Below, one piece after another: positions 33,189 through 39,161 of a DNA stretch of 39,161 bases. The notes beneath the pieces were generated by a model. It was not told the DNA's origin, ran no database searches, and saw only the letters and a program-made list of their open reading frames with translations. Positions within the stretch are counted from its first letter, which is position 1. The number at the start of each line of letters is the position of its first letter. The position numbers and the translations under genes are program-made. This DNA is from Candidatus Kerfeldbacteria bacterium (GTDB taxonomy: Bacteria > Patescibacteriota > Patescibacteriia > SBBC01 > JACPUP01): the NCBI GenBank assembly GCA_016192205.1, contig JACPUP010000068.1:1-39161 (forward strand), given 5' to 3'.

Positions 33189-35938
33189 GCGGAGTGCGGG
33201 TTACGCCAGCGCACGATTGCTTTGCGCATCTCTTCGACGACCAGGACCGGCAGTCCGAACGCGAGCACGAGAGCCCAGTCAGCCAGCGAGAGCGGCGCGA
33301 CGTGGAAGACCTCAGCCAGGGCTGGGAGGTAGAGAATCGCCAGGTGCATGGCCACCACCATGACCAAGGTTGGCCAGAGCAGCGCGTTCGTCCAGAACAT
33401 CCTGAAGAGCGAGGTACGACGAGCGCGGAACGCGAAGGCGGACAGCCACTCGCCCAGAGCGATGGTTGTCAGCGTCATCGCGAGCACGTGTTCGCGCCGG
33501 GCGTCCGTGCGGATCTCCATAAGGAAGACGGCCAGTGCGCTGAGGCCGATGACCGCGGCCAACAGGAAGATCCGCAACCACTGCTGCCCGCTGATAATGG
33601 GTGCGCGGAGCGGCCGTGGCGGCTCGTGGAGGATGGTGGCCTTGCGCGGCTCACGGGCCAAGGCGATGCCCATGAACGGATCAGTAATGGCGTTGAGCCA
33701 GATAATCTGCGTTGGCAGCAGCGGCAGCGGAAGCCCGCCGAACAACGCAACGAGGATGAGCAGTAATTCGGAAAAGTTCGACGCCAACAGGAACATGAGC
33801 ACGCGCTGGATGTTCCGGTAGATGTTCCGGCCCTCGGCAATCGCGGCGACGATGGAGGACAGCCGGCCGTCTGTGACCACCATGTCCGAGGCTTCCTTCG
33901 CCGCGTCCGTCGCGCCCTGGCCAATGGCAATGCCGACGTTCGCTTCGGACAGCGCTGGCACGTCATTGATGCCATCGCCGGTCATGGCCACGACCTCCTG
34001 CCGGGCTTTGAGCGCGCGGGCAATGCGGAGTTTCTGCTCGGGCGAGACGCGGCTCGCGACCCGGAGCGTGGGCAGTCGCTCCGCAAGTTCATCGTCCGAC
34101 AACGTTGCCAGCTCCTCGCCGTCAATGAGCGCGTCGTGTTGACCGGCCTCGAGTAAATCCACCTCCTGGCCGACCGCGGCTGCGGTCACGCGGTAGTCAC
34201 CAGTCAACATCATGAGCTTGATGCCGGCGCGCTGCGCGGTTTCCATGGTCTGACGCGCCTCTGTGCGGATGGGATCGCGCAAGCCCGCGAGTCCGAGGTA
34301 CGTGAGTTTACCTTTGAGCTCGTGCGCTTCCAGGGACCGCCAGTCATCCTTCGTTTCGGCGTAGGCAATGGCCAATCCGCGCAGGGCCCGACTGGCCATC
34401 TGCTCGTACCGCTCCCGAACCTCGCGCCGGTGGCGGTCCGTCATGGTCTGGACCTTCCCGTCAATGGAAATGTTCCCGCAGAGGTCGAGAATCTGTCGCG
34501 GCGCGCCTTTGACAGCCACGAACTGCTTGCCGGCCTCGTCCGTGCGGTGGAACGTGACCATGTACCGCAACGCGAAATCAAACGGGAATTCGCCGACGCG
34601 CGGCATCGTCTCGTTGAGCTTGCGCGCTGGGAGCCCGGCTTTGGCGCCGGCAACGAGCAAGGCGATTTCCGTTGGGTCGCCAATGGGTTGCTGCTGGCCG
34701 TCCGCGGCAGTGGAGAAACGCGCATCGTTGCACAACACGCCGACGCGCAGAGCGAGCGCGACCTCGGGGTGTTCCAACGGATCAGCCGGTTGATCATCAA
34801 GGTAATAATCGCCCTGCAGCCCATACCCCTCGCCGGAGACGCGGTAGGTCCGACCAATGGTAACAACTTCCTCCACCATCATTTGGCCGTGGGTGAGCGT
34901 GCCGGTTTTGGCAGCGGCAATGATCGTCACTGACCCGAGTGACTCGACCGCAGCCAGCCGGCGGATGAGCGCTTTCCGCTTGGCCATCTGCCACATGCCG
35001 AAGGCGAGCGTAATGGTGATGACCACGGGCAGCCCCTCGGGGATGAGCGAGACGATGAGGCTAACCGAGAGCAGGAAGATTTCCTGGATGGCAAAATCGC
35101 GGAACAGGCCGACGACGAACACGATGGCCGCGAAAATGATGATGGCAACCGTGAGCTTCTTCGCGAATGAGCCGAGGTTTTGCTGGAACGGCGTTTCCTC
35201 ACGTCCGGTGTGGCTCACCGCGCGGACAATCTGGCCGAGCCGCGTGGCCATGCCCGTGCTGGTGACCAGGAGCCGGCCGCGGCCGTTCACGACCGTGGTC
35301 CCGCGCCAAGCCATATCGGTCTGGTCAGGTTGTCCGGTCGGCTCGGGAACGGGCTCGCTCCCCTTTTCGGCTGGCACGGACTCGCCGGTGAAGACGGCTT
35401 CGTTAATCTTGAGGTTGACGGCTTCGATGAGGCGGCCATCAGCCGGAATGACCACGCCGGACTCGAGCACGACCACGTCGCCCGGCACGACCTCTTCGCT
35501 GGGCACCAACCGTTCGTCGCCGTCACGGATGACGTGGACCTCCTGCGGCGTGAGTGAGCGGAGCTGTTCCATGGCCTGGCCAGCCCGGCGCTCCTGGATG
35601 AATCCCACCACGGCGTTCACAATGACCACGCCGAGGATGACGTAGCCGTCCGTCATCTCCCCAACGAGGAGGCTCACGATGGCCGCGATGAGCAGAATCA
35701 GGATGAGCGGGCTCTTGAATTGCGCAACCAGCAACAGCAGCGCGCTCGGCGGACCACGGTGCTCGACGCGGTTTGGGCCGTGCTCGGCGAGGCGCTTGGC
35801 CGCCTCCTCGCGAGTCAGGCCATTGGTGGTCACCTCGAGCTGCGCGGCAACATCGGGGACGCTCAAGCTATGCCAGCTGAGGACTTTCACACGCAAAGAC
35901 AAAACTGATACTTCACGTCTGGAAGTGTACCACAACAC
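33185..35938 (-). CDS. P-type (E1-E2) cation-transporting ATPase, P2-like, with AKTGT instead of DKTGT
   Basis: TGES (VFTGESVPAEK), PEGLP, KGAPRQIL, MLTGD, TGDGINDVPAL and a C-terminal TM bundle are all present. The phosphorylation motif reads IIAAAKTGTLT. The true start may be GTG 35890 (VKVLSWHSLS), because a TGgTACACT -10-like box lies at 35929-35924. Confidence 0.9.
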   Translation of the reverse strand: MLWYTSRREVSVLSLRVKVLSWHSLSVPDVAAQLEVTTNGLTREEAAKRLAEHGPNRVEHRGPPSALLLLVAQFKSPLILILLIAAIVSLLVGEMTDGYVILGVVIVNAVVGFIQERRAGQAMEQLRSLTPQEVHVIRDGDERLVPSEEVVPGDVVVLESGVVIPADGRLIEAVNLKINEAVFTGESVPAEKGSEPVPEPTGQPDQTDMAWRGTTVVNGRGRLLVTSTGMATRLGQIVRAVSHTGREETPFQQNLGSFAKKLTVAIIIFAAIVFVVGLFRDFAIQEIFLLSVSLIVSLIPEGLPVVITITLAFGMWQMAKRKALIRRLAAVESLGSVTIIAAAKTGTLTHGQMMVEEVVTIGRTYRVSGEGYGLQGDYYLDDQPADPLEHPEVALALRVGVLCNDARFSTAADGQQQPIGDPTEIALLVAGAKAGLPARKLNETMPRVGEFPFDFALRYMVTFHRTDEAGKQFVAVKGAPRQILDLCGNISIDGKVQTMTDRHRREVRERYEQMASRALRGLAIAYAETKDDWRSLEAHELKGKLTYLGLAGLRDPIRTEARQTMETAQRAGIKLMMLTGDYRVTAAAVGQEVDLLEAGQHDALIDGEELATLSDDELAERLPTLRVASRVSPEQKLRIARALKARQEVVAMTGDGINDVPALSEANVGIAIGQGATDAAKEASDMVVTDGRLSSIVAAIAEGRNIYRNIQRVLMFLLASNFSELLLILVALFGGLPLPLLPTQIIWLNAITDPFMGIALAREPRKATILHEPPRPLRAPIISGQQWLRIFLLAAVIGLSALAVFLMEIRTDARREHVLAMTLTTIALGEWLSAFAFRARRTSLFRMFWTNALLWPTLVMVVAMHLAILYLPALAEVFHVAPLSLADWALVLAFGLPVLVVEEMRKAIVRWRNPHSA

Positions 35939-36024
35939 CGTCGACGCGTACTGATACGGGGAGTCGGGTGCGCAGGCCGAGTAGGTCTCGGCTTGCTATG
36001 CACCGGAGCAAAGCGACTGGTGCA

Positions 36025-36100
36025 TGGTGGGAGCGGTGGGATTCGAACCCACGACCCACGGCTTAAAAGGCCGCTGCTCTACCAGCTGAGCTACACTCCC
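36025..36100 (-). tRNA. tRNA-Lys (anticodon UUU)
   Basis: 76-nt cloverleaf: GGGAGTG-TA-GCTC-AGCTGGTA-GAGC-A-GCGGC-CTTTTAA-GCCGT-GGGTC-GTGGG-TTCGAAT-CCCAC-CGCTCCC-A-CCA. CCA is encoded. Confidence 0.9.
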
Positions 36101-36109
36101 TCGGCCCAG

Positions 36110-36170
36110 ACGATACCAGCATTTACATGCTTGGTCAATCACCAAAACCATTATTAGTAAAACAAATATT
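36110..36170 (-). promoter_or_regulatory. tRNA-Lys promoter (TTGACC-17 nt-TATCGT) with an AT-rich UP-like element
   Basis: Minus strand: -35 TTGACC (36138-36133), 17-nt spacer, -10 TATCGT (36115-36110), 9 nt before the mature 5' end. An AT-rich stretch at 36139-36170 lies upstream of the -35. Confidence 0.55.
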
Positions 36171-36234
36171 GGCCAGCTCCGCTGGCCGGAAATTTGCGAC
36201 CCAGGGGAGGGGCTGGGAATAAACGCCCCTCCCC
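36171..36234. other. two perfect GC-rich hairpins
   Basis: GGCCAGC-tcc-GCTGGCC (36171-36187), and GGGGAGGGGC (36204-36213) pairing with GCCCCTCCCC (36225-36234) across an 11-nt loop. Confidence 0.6.
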
Positions 36235-36289
36235 TACGTCGCGCCTACCCCACCCTTCCACCGGTGAGGCCTGGTACGGCTAACGCTCC

Positions 36290-36515
36290 GGGCGCTCGCT
36301 GCTGCTCGGCCCTCCGCTGCACTGGCGAGGCTTTTTTCTCTTTGTTTTCAGATAAAAAAGAAAAAACATACCGAGCGACGTCACCGGCCGCGCAGGGTGA
36401 GCGAAGCGAATCCCGGAGCGTGCCGTACTGCACCCGCCGCACCAAGGGGGTTGGGGGTACGGCCTACCCCGCCGTAGGGCGGGGTGGCCTCAAGATGCCA
36501 ACCTAGGTTGACAAA
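36290..36515. repeat. structured GC-rich intergenic element, copy A
   Basis: Core GGGTACGGCCTACCCCGCCGTAGGGCGGGGTGG (36455-36487) with stem ACCCCGCC/GGCGGGGT. Block AAGCGAATCCC (36404-36414) is enclosed by stem GGGTG/CACCC (36395-36399 with 36431-36435). Homologous to the reverse complement of 21984-22145. Confidence 0.45.
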
Positions 36516-36517
36516 CC

Positions 36518-36560
36518 AAAAAACCCCAGGAAGGCGCTGTGCCTTTCCCTGCAGAAAGGC
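36518..36560 (-). terminator. rho-independent terminator of the exonuclease gene
   Basis: Minus strand after the stop codon: GCCTTTC-TGCAGG-GAAAGGC, or alternatively CAGGGAAAGGC-ACAGC-GCCTTCCTG, followed by GGGG TTTTTT. Confidence 0.6.
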
Positions 36561-36562
36561 AA

Positions 36563-37084
36563 CTAACGCTCTGCCAATTTGAACAAAACCTCGCGCAACG
36601 TTTCCACGTCTGCCATTGCGCGGTGGGCGTGGGGCTGCGGGATTTTGAGGAAGCGCGCGACGGAGGCGAGCGAATACGACGGCAGGATGAGCACCGCCCG
36701 TGCCAAGGCAATCGAATCAATGGCCTGATTCGCGAGTCGCGGCAAGTTCAAACGGTTGTGGTGGGCGTGGAGAAACGCCAGGTCAAAACCGACGTTGTGC
36801 GCGATGAGCGGCGTCGTGCCGACGAACGCGGCAAACGCCGGGAACGCCTCGATCGGAGCGCGGCCATTCGCGATGAGCTCAATCTCGGAAATGCCGTGCA
36901 CCTTCACCGCATCAGGATCCATGGCGTGCCCCGGATTCACCAACATCTCGAACCGACCAATCACCCGACGCCCGGCAATCTTCTGGGCTGCCAACTCAAC
37001 GATGGAATGACCGTCCTCTGGCCGCATACCCGTCGTCTCGGTGTCGAGGACGATAAAGGTGGGGGGGAGGGTAACCTTCGCCAT
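36563..37084 (-). CDS. DnaQ-like 3'-5' exonuclease (DEDDh; DNA polymerase III epsilon family)
   Basis: Exo I VLDTETTG, Exo II AHNVGFDLAFL, Exo III HRAMADVE. 173 aa. Confidence 0.88.
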   Translation of the reverse strand: MAKVTLPPTFIVLDTETTGMRPEDGHSIVELAAQKIAGRRVIGRFEMLVNPGHAMDPDAVKVHGISEIELIANGRAPIEAFPAFAAFVGTTPLIAHNVGFDLAFLHAHHNRLNLPRLANQAIDSIALARAVLILPSYSLASVARFLKIPQPHAHRAMADVETLREVLFKLAER

Positions 37085-37092
37085 ACGATACA

Positions 37093-37123
37093 GGGTAGAG
37101 GGTTTAGGGGTGAGGGTCTAGGG
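37093..37123 (+). other. canonical G-quadruplex-forming motif
   Basis: GGG TAGA GGG TTTA GGGG TGA GGG TCTA GGG: five G-tracts separated by loops of 3-4 nt, in the divergent exonuclease/dnaB intergenic region. Confidence 0.5.
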
Positions 37124-37164
37124 ATGTGGAGAACCTCGGTGGATAGATTGTGCACGTACCGGTC

Positions 37165-37193
37165 TTGCAGCCGCCACCCTTGACGGATACAAT
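37165..37193 (+). promoter_or_regulatory. candidate dnaB promoter (TTGCAG-17 nt-TACAAT)
   Basis: -35 TTGCAG 37165-37170, 17-nt spacer, -10 TACAAT 37188-37193. 9 nt to the ATG at 37203. Confidence 0.45.
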
Positions 37194-37202
37194 GAGACGG
37201 CT

Positions 37203-38558
37203 ATGGCCGAGCCAGTCCCTGTCGAGAAAGTCCCGCCCCAGAACCACGAGGCAGAACAGTCCGTCCTCGGCGCGCTCTTGATTGACAAAGAGGCCATCGT
37301 GAAAGTGGCGGATTCGCTGCGGCCCGAAGACTTCTACCGAGACACGCATGGGATGATTTACCAGGCCATGCTCGATGTCTACGAGGCGCGCGAGCCGATT
37401 GACCTCGTCTCGCTCACGAACCGCCTGTCCGAAAAAGAACGACTCGAACTCATCGGCGGCCGCACCTACCTCTCCCAGCTCGCCAATGTGGTGCCCACGG
37501 CCAGCCACGTCGCCCAGTACGCCGGCATTGTCCAACGCAAAGCCACGCTCCGGCGGCTCATCTCCGCGGCCAGCGACATTGCCCGGCTGGGGTACGAGGA
37601 GAGCGACAACGTCGACCAAACGCTCGACCAGGCCGAACAGCGCGTGTTCGAAGTCTCGCAGAAATACCTGAAGCAACGGTTCGTTCCGCTGAAGGCCGTC
37701 TTGACCGAAGCATTCGAGCGCATTGATGACATCCACAAAGAACCAGGCAAGCTGCGCGGGACGCCCACCGGCTTTTCTGACCTCGACCGGCTCCTGGCTG
37801 GTTTGCAGAAATCCGACCTCATCATTCTGGCATCCCGGCCATCGGTCGGAAAAACCACATTGGCCCTGGACATCGCACGTTTGGTGGCAATCAAACAGAA
37901 ACTGCCCGTCGGCATTTTCTCGCTCGAAATGTCCAAAGAGCAGCTCGTGGACCGGCTCATCTGCGCCGAGGGCGGGGTGGACATGTGGAAGATGCGCACG
38001 GGCCGGCTGTCCGAGGACGAGGACTTCTCGAACATCGGCCATGCCATGGGCGTGTTGTCCGAAGCGCCCATCTTCATCGATGACTCGGCCGTGACGTCGG
38101 TCATGGAAATGCGGACCAAAGCGCGCCGGCTCCAGTCCGAACACGGGCTCGGGCTGCTCGTCGTTGACTACCTCCAGCTGCTCGAAGGGCGGGCCAGCCT
38201 GGAAAACCGCGTGCAGCAGGTCGCGGAGATTACGCGCGGCTTGAAGGGCATTGCCAAAGAGCTCAACATTCCGGTGCTCGCCCTCTCCCAGCTTTCGCGC
38301 GCGACTGAAGCGCGCACGCCGCCCATCCCGAAGCTCGCCGACCTGCGCGAATCAGGGTCCATCGAGCAAGACGCTGACGTGGTCTTGTTCATCTACCGCG
38401 AAGCCATGTACAAACACGACACGGACAGACCGAATATTGCCCAGATCTTCGTGGCCAAGCACCGCAATGGTCCGACCGGCCAGCTCGAGCTCTTCTTCGA
38501 CCACGACAAGGTCAGCTTCCGCAATCTGGAGAAGACTAGTCAGGCTCCGGCGCAATGA
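37203..38558 (+). CDS. dnaB: replicative DNA helicase DnaB
   Basis: 451 aa. PPQNHEAEQSVLGALL N-terminus, Walker A ASRPSVGKTT, Walker B LLVVDYLQL, and SQLSR / ESGSIEQDAD motifs. Confidence 0.96.
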   Translation: MAEPVPVEKVPPQNHEAEQSVLGALLIDKEAIVKVADSLRPEDFYRDTHGMIYQAMLDVYEAREPIDLVSLTNRLSEKERLELIGGRTYLSQLANVVPTASHVAQYAGIVQRKATLRRLISAASDIARLGYEESDNVDQTLDQAEQRVFEVSQKYLKQRFVPLKAVLTEAFERIDDIHKEPGKLRGTPTGFSDLDRLLAGLQKSDLIILASRPSVGKTTLALDIARLVAIKQKLPVGIFSLEMSKEQLVDRLICAEGGVDMWKMRTGRLSEDEDFSNIGHAMGVLSEAPIFIDDSAVTSVMEMRTKARRLQSEHGLGLLVVDYLQLLEGRASLENRVQQVAEITRGLKGIAKELNIPVLALSQLSRATEARTPPIPKLADLRESGSIEQDADVVLFIYREAMYKHDTDRPNIAQIFVAKHRNGPTGQLELFFDHDKVSFRNLEKTSQAPAQ

Positions 38559-39157
38559 GCTCACGACCAGCCGCGCTGGAAAAACTCATTGCCGAGTTCA
38601 CCAAGCTGCCGGGAATTGGACCGAAGGCAGCCGAGCGGATGGTGTTCCATTTGCTGGCCCGACCGCCAGAGGCCACCGACGAGCTCACCAAAGCGATTGC
38701 TGCCTTGCGCGAGCAGATTGTGCGCTGTTCAGTCTGCGGCACGTTCGACACCCAGTCCCCGTGCGCCACCTGCAGCGACCGCGACCGCGATGCAACCATC
38801 ATCTGCGTCGTCGCCGAGCCGTCGGATATTCGCGCCATTGAAAAAACCGGCGAGTTCAAAGGCCGGTACCACGTGCTCCACGGGCTCCTCAACCCAGTCG
38901 AGGGCATAACCGCCGACGATTTGTCCATCCAGCCGCTGCTCGACCGCGTGGCCAACGACGGCGTGCGCGAAGTCATTCTGGCGCTCAACCCGACCGTGGA
39001 GGGAGAAGCGACCGCGCTCTACTTGAAGAAAGCGCTGTTGCCCGGCCGTGGCCGCGTCACCAAACTCGCCCGGGGGCTGCCGGTGGGCGCGGAGGTGGAC
39101 TACGCCGATGAAATCACGCTCGGCGATGCGCTGAAAGGACGGCGGGAAATGTCCTAA
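38555..39157 (+). CDS. recR: recombination protein RecR
   Basis: LPGIGPKAAERMVFHLL helix-hairpin-helix, C4 zinc finger CSVCG...CATC, and Toprim VVAEPSDIRAIE. ATGA overlap with the dnaB stop. Confidence 0.95.
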   Translation: MSSRPAALEKLIAEFTKLPGIGPKAAERMVFHLLARPPEATDELTKAIAALREQIVRCSVCGTFDTQSPCATCSDRDRDATIICVVAEPSDIRAIEKTGEFKGRYHVLHGLLNPVEGITADDLSIQPLLDRVANDGVREVILALNPTVEGEATALYLKKALLPGRGRVTKLARGLPVGAEVDYADEITLGDALKGRREMS

Positions 39158-39161
39158 AACA

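Noticed and set aside
36245-36506. ORFs 36264-36506 (+) and 36245-36445 (-) in the long gap next to tRNA-Lys
   Set aside because: They have no RBS, low-complexity Arg/Gly/Ala content, and they span homopolymer runs and hairpins. The sister copy of the element does not preserve either reading frame.
21984-36515. Elements A and B as attL/attR of an integrated element at tRNA-Lys
   Set aside because: The copies are inverted, not direct. They are only partially similar. The enclosed 14 kb consists of core housekeeping genes (glycolysis, aaRS, condensin), with no integrase or other mobility genes.
36101-36562. RNase P RNA, tmRNA, SRP RNA or a T-box leader in the 460-nt gap
   Set aside because: I found no GAGGAAAGTCC-type RNase P core, no tRNA-like 3' end with CCA plus a tag reading frame, no SRP GGAA/AGCA loop motif, and no T-box sequence. 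No aaRS gene follows it.

Overview
GC-rich, very gene-dense bacterial chromosomal window of about 39 kb. Most genes are on the minus strand and most are housekeeping. Identified content: replication and repair genes (dnaX, a DnaQ-like exonuclease, dnaB, recR); a CIRCE-controlled chaperone operon (hrcA-grpE-hsp20-Zn-ribbon ORF-dnaK), with dnaJ elsewhere; glycolysis genes (gap-fba-tpiA); condensin genes (scpA-scpB); aminoacyl-tRNA synthetases (cysS, aspS, asnS) with a YbaK-type deacylase; dus; a GT4 glycosyltransferase; a P-type ATPase; and tRNA-Glu(CUC) and tRNA-Lys(UUU). Eight gene pairs overlap by ATGA. Several sigma70-like promoters can be read directly, and a number of them sit only 9-12 nt from the start codon. 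The short HrcA, the AspRS without the bacterial insertion domain and the many small membrane ORFs suggest a reduced-genome lineage, possibly CPR/Patescibacteria-like. That placement is inference only. No CRISPR array, transposase, integrase or rRNA was seen. Points worth a second look: (1) a P-type ATPase that is otherwise intact but has the phosphorylated Asp of DKTGT replaced by Ala; (2) a three-gene operon ending in a membrane-anchored Clp/Hsp100 ATPase that has only the D1 module; (3) an orphan 1025-aa membrane-anchored ATPase resembling a type IV coupling protein, co-transcribed with a membrane-anchored methyltransferase; (4) two diverged, inverted copies of a structured GC-rich intergenic element of about 200 nt, with compensatory stem changes; (5) families of low-complexity intergenic hairpins built from GAATC-type and CCTACTC/GTAGG-type units; (6) an operon encoding two secreted proteins built from repeated beta-domain modules.
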